Positions 42,646 through 56,545 of a stretch of 64,000 nt of DNA are shown one piece after another. The stretch lies in the NCBI RefSeq assembly GCF_009914755.1, contig NC_060936.1. One strand, given 5' to 3'. Source of the DNA: the human T2T-CHM13v2.0 reference genome, Homo sapiens. Made by a program: the position numbers and the translations under genes. The first letter of the stretch is position 1. The number at the start of each line of letters is the position of its first letter. The notes beneath the pieces are model-generated. The model saw only the letters and a list, made by a program, of their open reading frames with translations, ran no database searches and had not been told where the DNA came from.

Positions 42646-45600
42646 GGTCCGTTCCAAGATGGCCGAATAGGAACAGCTCTGGTCTGCAGCTCCCAGCGTG
42701 ACAGACACAGAAGATGGGTGATTTCTGCATTTTCAACTGAGGTACCTGGATCATCTCACTGGGACTGGTTGGACAGTGGGTGCAGCCCACAGAGGGTGAG
42801 CTGAAGCAGTGCGGGGTGTCACTTCACCTGGGAAGTGCAAGGGGTTGGGGGATTTCCCTTTCCTAGCCAAGGGAAGCCATGACAGACTGTACCTGGAAAA
42901 AGGGGACACTCCTGCCCAAATACTGTGCTTTTCCCATGGTCTTAGCAACTGGCAGACCAGGAGATTCTCTCCTGTGCCTGGTTTGGTGGGTCCCATTCCC
43001 ACAGAGCCTTGCTCATAGCCAGTGCAGCAGTCTGAGATCGACCTGCGAGGCTGCAGCCTGGTGGGGGGAGGGGTGTCCACCATTGCTGAGGCTTGAGTAG
43101 GTAAACAAAGTGGCAAGGAAGCTCGAACTGGGTGGAGCCCACTGCAGCTCAACAAGGCCTACTGCCTCTATAAACGCCACCTCTGCGGGTAGGGCACAGC
43201 TGAAAAAAGGCAGCAGAAACTTCTGCAGACTTAAACATCCCTGTCTGACAGCCCTGGAGAGAGCAGTGGTTCTCCCAGCACGGCGTTTGAGCTCTGAGAA
43301 CGAACAGACTGCCTCCTCAAGTGGGTCCCTGACCCCCGTATAGCGTAACTGGGAGACACCTCCCAGTAGGGGCCGATAGACACCTCATACAGCTGGGTGC
43401 CCCTCTGGGACGAAGCTTCCAGAGGAAGGATCAGACAGCAATATTTTCAGTTCTGCAATATTTGCTGTTCTGCAGCCTCCACTGGTGATACCCAGGAAAA
43501 CAGGGTCTGGAGTGGACCCCCAGCAAACTCTAAAAGACCTGCAGCTGAGGGACCTGTTAGAAGGATAACTAACAAACAGAAAGCAGTAGCATCAACATCA
43601 ATAAAAAGGACATCCACACCAAAACCACATCTATAGGTCACCAACATCAAAGACCAAAGGAAGATAAAACCACAAAGATGGGGAGAAACCAAAGCAGAAA
43701 AGCTGAAAATTCTAAAAACCAGAGCGCCACTTCTCCACCAAAAGATCACAGCTCCTTGCCAGTAATGGAACAAAGATGGATGGAGAATGAGTTTGACGAG
43801 TTGACAGAAGTAGGCTTCAGAAGGTCGGTAATAATAAACTTCTCCGAGTTAAAAAAGCATGTTCTAACCCATCACAAGGAAGCTAAAAACCTTGAAAAAA
43901 GGTTAGACGAATGACTAACTAGAATAAACAGCGTAGAGAAGACCTTAAATGACCTGATGGAGCTGAAAACCATGGCATGAGAACTACGTGATGCATGCAC
44001 AAGCTTCAATAGCTGATTCAATCAAGTAGAAGAAAGGATATCAGTGATTGAAGATCAAATTAATGAAACAAAGCAAGAAGACAAGATTAGAAAAAAAAGA
44101 GTAAAAAGAAATGAGCAAAGCCTCCAAGAAATATGAGACTATGTGAAAAGACCAAATCTACGTTTGATTGGTGTACCTGAAAGTGACAGGAAAAATGGAA
44201 CCAAGTTGGAAAACACTCTGCAGGATATTATCCAGGAGAACTTCCCCAACCTAGCAAGGCAAGCCAACATTCAAATTCAGGAAATACAGAGAACACCAAA
44301 AGGTACTCCTCAAGAAGAGCAACCCCAAGACATATAATTGTCAGATTCACCTAGGTTGAAATGAAGGAAAAAATATTAAGGGCAGCCAGAGAGAAAGGTC
44401 GGGTTACCCACAAAGGGAAACCCATCAGAGTAACAGTGGATCTCTCAGCAGAAACCCTACAAGCCAGAAGAGAGTGGGGACCAATATTCAACATTCTTAA
44501 AGAAAAGAATTTTCAATCCAGAATTTCATATCCAGCCAAACTAAGCTTCATAAGTGAAGGAGAAATAAAAACCTTTACAGGCAAGCACATGCTGAGAGAT
44601 TTTGTCACCACCAGGCCTGCCTTACAAGAGCTCCTGAAGGAAACACTAAATATGGAAAGGAATAACTTGTACCAGCCACTGCAAAAACATGCCAAAGTGT
44701 AAAGACCATCAATGCTATGAAGAAACTGCATCAATTAATGGGCAAAATAACCAGCTAACATAATAATGACAGGATCAAATTCACACATAACAATATTAAC
44801 TTTAAATGTAAATGGGCTAAATGCCCCAATTAAAAGACACAGACTGGCAAACTGGATAGTCAAGACCCATCAGTGTCCTGTACTCAGGAGACCAATCTCA
44901 CATGCAGAGACACACATAGGCTCAAAATGAAGGGATGGAGGAAGATCTACCAAGCAAATGGAAAGAAAAAAAAAAAAGCGGGGATTGCAATGCTAGTCTC
45001 TGATAAAACAGACTTTAAACCAACAAAGATCGAAAAAGACAAAGAAGGCCATTACATAATGGTAAAGGGATCAATTCAACAAGAAGAGCTAACTATCCTA
45101 AATATATATGCACCCAATACAAGAGCACCCAGATTCATAAAGCAAGTCCTTAGAGACCTACGAAGAGACTTAGACTCCCACACAATAATAATGGGAGACT
45201 TTAACACCCCACTGTCAATATTAGACAGATCGACAAGACAGGTTAACAAGGATATACAGGAACTGAACTCAGCTCTGCACCAAGCAGAACTAATAGACAT
45301 CTACAGAACTCTCTACTCTAAATCAACAGAATACACATTCTTCTCAGCACCACATCGCACGTATTCCAAAATTGACCACAGAGTTGGAAGTAAAGCGCTC
45401 CTCAGCAAATGTAAAAGAACAAAAATCACAACAAACTCTCTCTCAGACCACAGTGCAATCAAATTAGAACTCAGGATTAAGAAACTCACTCAAAACCGCA
45501 CAACTATACGGAAACTGAACAATCTGCTCAATGTGCAAAAATCACAAGCATTCCTATACACCAATAACAGACAGAGGGCCAAATCATGAGTGAACTCCCA

Positions 45601-47358
45601 TTCACAACTGCTACAAAGAGAATAAAATATTTAGGAATCCAACTTACAAGGGATGTGAAGGACCTCTTCAAGGAGAACTACAAACCACTGCTCAATGAAA
45701 TAAAAGAGGACACAAATAAATGGAAGAACATTCCATGCTCATGGTTAGGAAGAATCAATATCATGAAAATGGCCATACTGCCCAAGGCAATTTATAGATT
45801 CAATGCCATCCCCATCAAGCTACCGATGACTTTCTTCACAGAAATGGAAAAAACTACTTTAAAGTTCCTATGGAACCAAAAAAGAGACCGCATTGCCAAG
45901 ACAATCCTAAGCAAAAAGAACAAAACTGGAGGCATCCCGCTACCTGACTTCAAACTATACTACAAGGCTACAGTAACCAAAACAGCATGGTACTGGTACC
46001 AAAACACAGATATGGACCAATGGAACAGAACAGAGGCCTCAGAAATAACACCATACATCTACAACCATCTGATCTTTGACAAACCTGACAAAAACAAGCA
46101 ATGGGGAAAGGATTCCCTATTTAATAAATGGTGCTGGGAAAACTGGCTAGCCATATGTAGAAAGCTGAAACAGGATCCTTTTCTTACACCTTATACAAAA
46201 ATTAATTCAAGATGGATTAAAGACTTAAATCTTAGACTTAAAACCATAAAATCCCTAGAAGAAAACCTAGGCAATACCATTCAGGACATAGGCATAGAAT
46301 AAAGACTTCATGACTAAAACACCAAAAGCAATGGTAACACAAGCCAAAATTGACAAATGGGATCTAATTAAACTAAAGAGCTTCTGCACAGCAAAAGACT
46401 ACCATCAGAGTGAACAGGCAGCCTACAGAATGGGAGAAAATTTTTGCAATCTACCCATCTGACAAAGGGCTAATATCCAGAATCTACAAAGCACTTAAAC
46501 AAATTTATAAGAAAAAAACAACCCCATCTAAAAGTGGGCAAAGGATATGAACAGATACTTCTCAAAAGACATTTATGCAGCCAACAGACATATGAAAAAA
46601 TGCTAATCATCACTGGTCGTCAGAGAAATGCAAATCAAAACCACAATGAGATACCATCTCACACCAGTTAGAATGGCAATCATTAAAAAGTCAGGAAACA
46701 ACAGATGCTGGAGAGGATGTAGAGAAATAAGAATGTTTTTACACTGTTGGTGGGAGTGTAAATTAGTTCAACTATTGTGGAAGACAGTGTGGCGATTCCT
46801 CAAGGACCTAGAACTAGAAATACCATTTGACCCAGCCATCCCATTACTGGGTATATACCCAAAGGATTATAAATCATGCTACTATAAAGACACATGCACA
46901 TGTATGTTTATTGTGGCACTATTCACAATAGCAAAGACTTGGAACCAACCCAAATGTCCATCAATGATAGAATGGATTAAAAAAATGTGGCACACATATA
47001 CCATGGAATACTATGCAACCATAAAAAAGGATGAGTTCATGTCCTTTGCAGGGACATGGATGAAGCTGGAAACCATCATTCTGAGCAAACTATCACAAGG
47101 ACAGAAAACCAAACACTGCATATTCTCACTCATAGGTGGGAAATGAACAATGAGAACACTTGGACACAGGGTGGGGAACATCACACACTGGGGCCTGTTG
47201 GGGGTGGGGGACGTGGGGAGAGAGAGCATTAGGAGAAATACCTAATGTAAATGATGAGTTGATGGGTGCAGCAAACCAACATGGCACATATATACCTATG
47301 TAACAAACCTGCACGTTGTACCCTAGAACTTGAAGTATAATAAAAATAAGTAAATAAA
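42646..47358 (+). mobile_element. L1PA (L1PA7-like) with 5'UTR, disrupted ORF1 (43678-44702), ORF2 from 44766 lacking most of RT, 3'UTR and tail
   Basis: YY1 site caagatggcc at 42655; ORF1 start MGRNQSRKAENSKNQS; EN motifs (NIYAPN, GDFN, SDH); junction KLNNLL|NVQKSQ. TSD taaaattgaag at 42484-42494 and 47359-47369. Confidence 0.92.
42751..43083 (-). other. Open L1 antisense ORF0 homologue, 110 aa
   Basis: ATG in gcaATGg context; MVDTPPPTRLQPRRSISDCCTGYEQGSVGMGPTKPG... is colinear with recalled L1HS ORF0 (MAGAPPPASLPPCSLISDCC...). Translation is not shown by the sequence. Confidence 0.6.
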
Positions 47359-50300
47359 TAAAATTGAAGGGGAATTAATTCTTCCAAATGTATTCCACAA
47401 GGCCAGAACTACCCTGATACCAAAACCAGACAAGGACACAACAACAACAAAAATCTACAGGTTAATATTCCTGATGAACATAGATGCAAACATCTTCAAC
47501 GAAATACTAGCAAACCAAATACAACAGCACATCAAAAAGATTATACACCATGATCAAGTAGGATTTATCTCAGGAATGCAAGGATGGTTCAATGTGTGCA
47601 AATCAATAAATGTGATACATCATATGAACAGAATGCAAGCAAAAAAAAAAAAACACATGATCTCGATAGATGCAGAAAAAGCATTTGATAAAATACAACA
47701 TCCCTTCAGGATAAAAATTGTCTGTAAATTAGGTATAGAAGGAACATACCTCAACACAATAAAGGCCAATATGACAAACCCACAGCTAATATCATAGTGA
47801 ATGGAAAATGTTGAAAACTTTTCCTCAAAGAACTCGAACAAGAGAAAGATGCCCATTTTCGCCACCCTTATTCAACATGGCACTGGAAGTCCTAGCCAGA
47901 GAAATTAGGCAACAGAAAGAAATGAACAGCATCCAAATTGGAAAGCAAGAGATTAAGTTATTTCTGTTTGCAGCTGACATGATCTTATATATGGAAAACC
48001 CTGAGAATACCACAATACAACTGTCGGAACTAATAAGTGAATTCAGAAAAGTCATAAGATACAAAATCAACATACAACCATCAGTGGCATTTCTTTATAC
48101 CAATGGCAAACTAGCTGAAAAAGAAATCAAGAAAGCAATCTCATTTATAATAGCCAAAAAAACTAGAAATACGTTTAATCAAAGAGGTGAAAGATCTCTA
48201 CAATAAAAACTATAAACCACTGATTAAAGAAATTTAAGAAGACACAAAAATAAAAATCTCATGTTCATGGATTGGAATAATTAATATTGTTAAAATGACC
48301 ATACTACCCAAAGCAATCTACAGATTTAAAGTAATACTTGTCAAAATACCAAGACATTCTTTCCAGAAATAGAAAAACACAATCCTAAAATTTGTTTGGA
48401 GCCACATAAGACTCCAAATAGCCAAAGCAATTCTGAGCCACAAGAAGAAAGCTGAAGGTATCACATTACCTGACTTCAAAATATATTACATAGCCATAGA
48501 AACCAAAACAGAAAGGCACTGGCATAAAAACAGACACATAGACCAATGGAACAGAATAGAGAACCCAGAAATAAATTCACATATTTACAGCCAACTGATT
48601 TTTGACAAATGCATCAAGAACATACACTGGGGAAAGAACACCCTTTTCATTAAATGGTGCTGGGATAACTGGATATCCACATGCAGAAGAATGAAACTAC
48701 ACCCTTATCTATCACCATAAAAAAAATCAACTCAAGATGGGTTAAAGACTTAAATGTAAGATCCTAAACTATGAAACTACTAGAAAGAAACCACAGGGGA
48801 AATGCATCAGGACATGAGTAGGCAAAAATTGTATGAATAAGGCCTCCAAACTTATGCAACAAAAGTAAAACTAGACAAATGGTATTATATTAAGCTAAAA
48901 TCTTCTCAACAGCAAAGGAAGTAATCAAGAGAGTGAAGAGACAAACTTTTATTCATCTAATAAGGGATTAATATCCAGAATATGCAATGAATTCAAACAA
49001 TAGCAAAACAAAAAACAAAAACAAAAAACAAAAAACAAAAACAAACCAAAAACACCCCACAAAGAATCTGATTTTAAAATGGACAAGTGACCTAAATAGA
49101 TATTTCTCAAAAGAAGGCACACAAATGGCCAAAAATAAATGAGAAAATGCTGAAAAATCACTATTTATCAGAGAAATGCAAATCAAAACCACAATGAGAT
49201 ATCATCTCATCCCAGTTAGAATGGCTATTACCAAAAACACAAAAATGTCAAATATTGATAAGGATGTAGAGAAAAGGGAACTCATACATTGTTGGTGGGA
49301 ATGTAAATTATTACAACCATTATGGAAAAGAGAACTACCATATGCTTCAGCAATCCCACTACTGGGTATTTATCCAAATGAAAGGAAATCAGTATGTCAA
49401 ATAAATAGCTGCATTGCCATGTTTATTGCAGCATTATTCACAATAGCCAGGATATGACATTGACCTAAGTCCATTCATTAACAGAGGAATGGATAAGGAA
49501 AGTGTAGCATATGCACACAATGAAATACTATTTCGCCATAAAAAATGAAATTCTGTCACTTGCGGCAGCATGGATGAGCCCGGAGGACACTATGTTAACT
49601 GAAATAAGCCAGGCACAGAAAAATAAATACCACATGTTCTCCCTCATATGTGTAAGCTAAAAAAGTTGATCTCATAGAAATAGAGAGTAGAATAGTGGTT
49701 ACTATAGGCTGGGAAGGATAGGTGGGGAAAGAGGGGTAAGGAGACTGTGGTTAATGGATACAAAATTACGGCTAGATAGGAGGAATAAATTCTGTTGTTC
49801 TCTAGCACTGTAGGGTTACCGTAGTTAATGATTATTTATTGAATATTTTTGAATAGCTAGAAGACAGAATTTTGAATGTGCCCAACACAAAAAAATAAAT
49901 GTCTGAGATATGGGTATGCTATCCCTGATAGAAAAATTATACATTGCATACATGTAATGAAATATCACACTGTACCCTATAAATATGTATAATGTCAATA
50001 ATAAAATAAAAAGGATAATTACAGAATACCTATTTCATTGTTTTGTATTAAATAAGTTAAAACTTAAAGTGCTTAAACAGTAACAGTTCAATTTGTAATA
50101 TGTATTATATATGAAAGCCATCATTATCATAATTACTATTTCTATTCATTAACTTACACATTTATATAGTCAATATAAAGCAATTTGTTAATAGTTTTCA
50201 ATTTATATTCATATCAAACATTAAATATAAGAAAGATTATTATTAATTTTATCTCTTTCAAATTTGAGTACAGTATCAGTTATACAGTAATTCCTGGACT

Positions 50301-51729
50301 TTTCAAATTTTAAAACACTGTTGTTTCACCTTTTCAGCAAGTCCTACAGGATATGCAGATGTTTTTTAATTGAGGTAAACTGAATTTCACTTTTAATAAT
50401 TTTATGACACTGTGGAACATAAAAACTAAGGCTCATAATCATCACTGTTCTTACAATACACACAGTTCTACTCTTCTTTAAAACATGTTTATAAATAATA
50501 GGTAAAAAAGAAATCCTCAATTTCAACCTAGGATGGGAGTATACATCACATTTAGCTTAGGTTTGTTAGGTGAGCACAGAGTCTGATATTCCATTTGGAC
50601 ATTAGGGGGCACTGCCCACAGGTTGAGAACCACTGTCATAGGAAGTCACTGTTATCAAACAGGAGTATCCTTCATCCCACACTTATATTTGGAGTAGGAT
50701 TAAAAAAAAGTCACTAGCCTAAACTAAACCTTTTCCAAAGGAACATTTATTTCTTCAGTCATGTCACAAGGTGTTACTTTATAAATGAGAAAAAAGACAA
50801 GTGACTTCAGAAATTTCCTTTACCTCTTATTTCAAATCTTAAAATTTTCATGACAAAATTGCCCTCTTTCTTAGAAGATTGCTCATATCCTTTTATATTT
50901 ACAGGTTTCCACTCAACTTCTTAGGCCACTCTGTTTATTACCTCTATTAGTCTCTCATTTCTGATCCCTGTACCTGAGAAACTTTTGTCCAAAATAATTC
51001 CCACACATTTGTGAATGCATGTTGACCACATGGTAATTTAGACCCTTATAATATTTAGTTTAGAAGAATAAATCAATTTTTACTTTGCATTAATTTATCA
51101 CATTCATGTAAAGAATACCAATAAATGCATTTTATTCTATAGGAAGTATGGTATACTTGTTACTCTACATCTTTTTTCAGCACCCACAAGTGTAGGGAAA
51201 ATGTTCCACATGACTGCTCTAGCTGCTTGCTTTGCCTATTCGTAAAAATAAGTTTGAATTCATTTGGGCAAATGGGCTTTTAGTTGCTGCTCTGCTCAGT
51301 TTTGCTTTATTGTTCCTACTGTGCAGAGCTCCATTAGTGATTTTCAAGTCTAAGCCCTCAAGGTTATTATTCTCCTTTTAATGGAAAATATGATTTAAAT
51401 ATAATTTTTCAGGAAATGATAAGCTGGCCAGCAGCTACATGCAGCCAGGCGGAATGGCACTGCCTTATACACAATGGCCAATCCACAGCATAAACAAACA
51501 AATAGAAAGCCTTTACGTATATTGACTTATGACAAGGTAGTAAGCTTTATTTGTGATTAAGTCTCATTGCCTCAATATTTAATTTCATATCACTATAGTA
51601 TAAACAGTAAGCAGGATGGTTATTATTCTAAAACTTAAGTAACTTATTTTCTTATGTTAGGGCACAGCTACTATGAAATAATGACAAAAAAAATGCCTTC
51701 CTACTGGACTGTACCAATGTACTGTACTG

Positions 51730-51950
51730 ATAATAACGCATTTATTGAGCAACTGGTAGTTGGGAGGTCTTCTGCTAGGCGATTTAGCACAATATGTCAT
51801 TTAATATTCACAAATATCTTATATACTTTTAATGCACGTAAGAGGAAACTGAAACTTAGAAAGTTTAATTAACTTATCCAGGATCAGCTCTGAGTATGTC
51901 AGAATCACTACTTGAACTCAAATGGATCTGACTTGAATTGATTAGCCACT
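51730..51950 (-). mobile_element. MIR
   Basis: 'catttattgagc...tcatttaatattcacaa...gaggaaactgaaacttagaaagttt'. Confidence 0.65.
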
Positions 51951-52009
51951 TCAGTAATACAAAAAGGGTAATAGATCTTAATAATTTTCTTTATAATTTT
52001 GTCTTTTAG

Positions 52010-52205
52010 GACAGTGTGTTATAATAGGAGTAACACAGGTTTTAGAACCAGAACACTCTTGGAAATCTGGATCTACCAACTTATGACCTAAATAACTTTC
52101 CAAAAGTTGTTTAACTTTTGATCTGGGGCTGGCTTCAGTTTTCTTATCTGTAAATAACTATGAGACAAACAATGACCGGTATTTTTAGGAAGATATAAAG
52201 TAATA
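52010..52205 (+). mobile_element. MIR
   Basis: 'cttcagttttcttatctgtaaataa' core. Confidence 0.55.
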
Positions 52206-52499
52206 TGGGGACAAAGTGAAAATTCATCCAGGTGCGGCGAGTGAGGTCTTTGGAGAGGGCTGTGTGACAGGCTATACGTTGAGAAATTTGAAAGTATAGG
52301 ATTTCGATCAGCACAGATGAGGAGGAAGAGTATTCCAGGTAAATGACAAGTGAAAGTAAAAGCAAGAACCATGGAAATGTATGATGGGAAGTTAGTTTAT
52401 TAAGATAAAGTACAGTGTGTTTGTCTGTTTCTGTGTGTATTTAGCTAAAGAAGAGCTTGAAGTCAGGTCACGGAGAATCTTAAATGCCATGTTTAGGTG

Positions 52500-52750
52500 T
52501 TAGAATCAAAATTATACAGAATACATGTTAAGAATCTTAGAATCAGACATTTTAGGATTAAATCCTGGTTCACTTCTAATTAGCTGGGTGACTGTGGACA
52601 AGAGGAATTGAGCTAGCTTCATGTCCTTTTTTGTAAAATGCAATAATCAAAGTACCTGTCACATAAAGTTAATTAAGGACTGAGTGATTTAATTCTATAG
52701 CTCTTAGCCTGCCTAGCACATGAAACACTTAATAAAGGGTTAAATATCGT
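52500..52750 (+). mobile_element. MIR
   Basis: 'aaatcctggttcacttctaattagctgggtgactgtggacaag...tgtaaaatgcaataat...gcctagcacatg'. Confidence 0.6.
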
Positions 52751-53539
52751 TATACAAAAAGGAAGGTATTTAATATTTACTATACTAATAAAACCCCATC
52801 TACTACCCCCAATATTCTGCTGAACCTCAGCTACATACTATTATTTGCCACCTTAGGGTTTTCTTTGTCCACTTGAGAAATGTGGAATTTCAATTGTGTT
52901 GTGTGTATAAACTGGATTCGCTTCAAGCAGTGAGAAATGGAAAGCAGAGAAAAGGTAAGACAGCCTAAATAGACCCTATTATCTGATAATATTTTAGAGA
53001 ATTGGTTTACAATATTTTCTGACCAGGGGAAGATTGAAAATATTATCCTGCATGTACACTTGCAACCCCACTATTCTAAATATTCAAGAGTGTTTCTCTC
53101 CTTTAAAATAATTCGCTTTAAAAACTGTTTAGTGACTGGTAGAACCTGGAAAACTCTGATGGTAGAAGGTTTAGCTTTATTCAAGGTGAGAGAGGAGGTG
53201 CCAATTCTTTTACACAATGTGAATGTAAATGATCAATGTGATATGTAAAGTACTGACCACCATGTAGAAACTTCTCTATGAAAGTAGAAATGAGTACATC
53301 AAATCTCTAACTCAATGCAGGAATGTAAGTCAAGATGCCACTGTCATTCAGGGTGCTACTAATTTCCTAGGGACATTTTAATTTCTTGTTCAGTAAATGT
53401 TAAGACCTCACTACTCTTCAGTTCAACTTTACATGGCAGAATCCCTTGAGTGTTCACCTGTATCCCCAGGTGTGTTCAAAATCTTTGGAATCCCAATGTT
53501 ACTTTATGGTGATAGGCTGCTCTCAAGGATTCTGACTTT

Positions 53540-53909
<370 letters not shown>

Positions 53910-54510
53910 TAACAAAGTATTTTATGTCTGTTACTTCCTCTGAGACTCACAACATCATGGGAGGGGCAAAGATGAAAGAATTTGGAGTCTACAGATAATG
54001 AAACAAAGATAGAGAAATTTTTTTACTTGTTCAAGACCAGAGTGACTAAATAATTATAGTTGCATAGATCATTGGTGTCCTATCTCAATATTCTGTTCAA
54101 TGTAGTATATCTATTGATTGATTAGTTTCGTGATCAAGGACAATTTTTATTAATGCAAATATGTTGTCACAAACATAACCTATTGGTCTTCTGAAAGGAA
54201 ACCTTAATGATGTGAGTAATCTTAGCTATTTCCTAATGAAGAAAGTAATACCAAGCTTCTCTTAAGCATCATTTAAATAGAACTATGAGATATGAGGTTG
54301 CCTCTGCTAACTTGGTAAAAATGCATTAGAACAGCAACATAACATTCTAAAGACTTCAAATTCATACTTCCATGCAGTAATTCAATTTTTTGGAAACTGA
54401 ACAAATATTCTAGAGAGCTTTTAAATAAAGTGTAATTACTTAGACCTATAATTATGCTGATGAGGTTAAGGTGAATAATCATGTGTCTAATTATGAAAAA
54501 AACACATAAT

Positions 54511-54857
<347 letters not shown>

Positions 54858-55292
54858 TCACCAGGTTCTTTTTCCCAGCTGCTGTTAACCTAATCATTTA
54901 TGTGAGTGTGATTTTTACTGTATCAAGTACTTTAGGTTGAAAAGCTTACATCATATTCAATTATCTTTTTAAAAAAACTATTTTACAGAAGTTTTTATTT
55001 TAAAATTTAATTTTGCTGACTAATGAAGAATAATTATTTTTGATCTTTATCAATGTTACTCTTTATATTATCATACTAACAGATTACTTTATATTATTAC
55101 TTCCTCAAATTATTTCAAGTATTATTTGTTGTTCTTTTGTCTAAGAGTTCTATTTCAGGAATATATTTTATATGCATTATCTCACTTAATCTTCACAATT
55201 CTATTTATCCCCCAAAACACTGAAATCTATAAAGCTTATCCAAGTTATCATAGTGGAAAAGTCAGAATTTGAACCAAATTCTATATGATCCC

Positions 55293-55844
55293 TGATAGAG
55301 CAGGAGCACAGTCACCTTGGGCAAACACGGCCACTTTAAGTTCCAGCTCCCTTTCTAGCCTCATGCATTTTAAGGAAATTACTTCTCTTCTGACTACAAG
55401 CAGCCACAAAGAGCAGACAGTAAAACACAGATAAGACAGCTTGAGCACAGAGGGAGGTGGGAGGGAAAGTCTCTTAGGCAACTGCCAAACTTTACCCTTA
55501 TACATGGGGCCCAGTAAAACAGTGGGCCTTGGTAAGCATATTCCTTTCCCTTCATGTGTGCTAAGATAGGGAAGCTAAAAGCAGACTCGGGGGATATGCC
55601 TGCAGTTGCAGAAAGATGTATGGGAACAGACACACAACTCTCCCTCCCAGGTAAGCACAACAAAGAGACACACAAGCAGTACAAGCCTCTGATAAACTCT
55701 CCCACTCAGAATCCTTAAAAACTCGTGGTCTGTAAGAGAGTGCAGTTTCTGATCTAATTCAGTCAAAAGTCCCTCCCAGGTTTGAAAACCTGTTGACTGT
55801 CGAGCCACCCTTTGTGTTTCTCTCCTCTTTCTTTAATTCTTACA
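55293..55844 (+). mobile_element. ERV1 solo LTR (LTR10C-like)
   Basis: TG...CA termini, 552 bp, TSD atccc/atcac, end 'tctttctttaattcttaca'; lies next to a minus-strand MIR fragment (~55160-55290). Confidence 0.75.
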
Positions 55845-56471
55845 ATCACAAATTATTTTCTATTAATGACTGTATTATGGGTGAATATATATGTTACTAT
55901 TTAGGAAATAATATTAAAGTTCATTGTTTGCTCCCTTAAAATTTTGATACCATGTGCTTAAATGGTACTGAGACCTTCTTCCTTTTCCTATCCAAAAAGA
56001 TATACTTCACAGCTTTTTTTCTGACATCCTAAAAATATGGAAATTTTATGCAACTATTTAGTTGAATTAACGCCTTGCTTTCAATTATAATTTGAACTAC
56101 ATTTAATTACTGGTTGTTTATATTCACTTCCAGAGTAATACGCTTTACTTAAGTATTTTTCTTAATTCTAGCCTTTTCTATATGTAGATGTAATTTTTTA
56201 ATATATGACATATTTTAGGATCTATTTCTCTATTTTTTCTAACCATAATGTATGAGGGAAGCATGAAAATACATACAAAGTTTTTGGTATATTTTTACTA
56301 AATTTATTCACTCTGAGTATCTACCAGATTAAAATATATTTAGTTTTTGTTGAGACTAACAAATAGAAAAGCATCATTAAAAAGTCTGTTATATTTCTAG
56401 CTTCTAATTTTGTTAAAGATCCCAATGATATTTTCTAGCAATAGTAAAGTAGGAAAAGGTTTATTTCTTAC

Positions 56472-56545
56472 CTGCACAATGTCTCTTTCAGCATATTTTC
56501 CTCTAGAGGAGACTCTTACATCATCTCCATCCAATTCGACCATTG
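56472..56545 (-). CDS. CPNE8: Copine-8 penultimate coding exon (74 nt)
   Basis: aag|CA acceptor, CAG|gtaag donor; encodes (A)[24 protein letters not shown] with the copine LDGD and RDIVQ motifs. Confidence 0.95.

Larger units (their letters stand above)
42412..50012 (+). mobile_element. L1MA (L1MA2/3-like) ORF2 and 3' end, split by a younger L1PA (pieces 42412-42494 and 47359-50012)
   Basis: Degenerate RT ([39 protein letters not shown]) and an L1MA-type 3'UTR 'gctagataggaggaataa'. Confidence 0.8.

Noticed and set aside
49004-49052. (CAAAAA)n array
   Set aside because: Microsatellite expansion of an A-rich L1 position.
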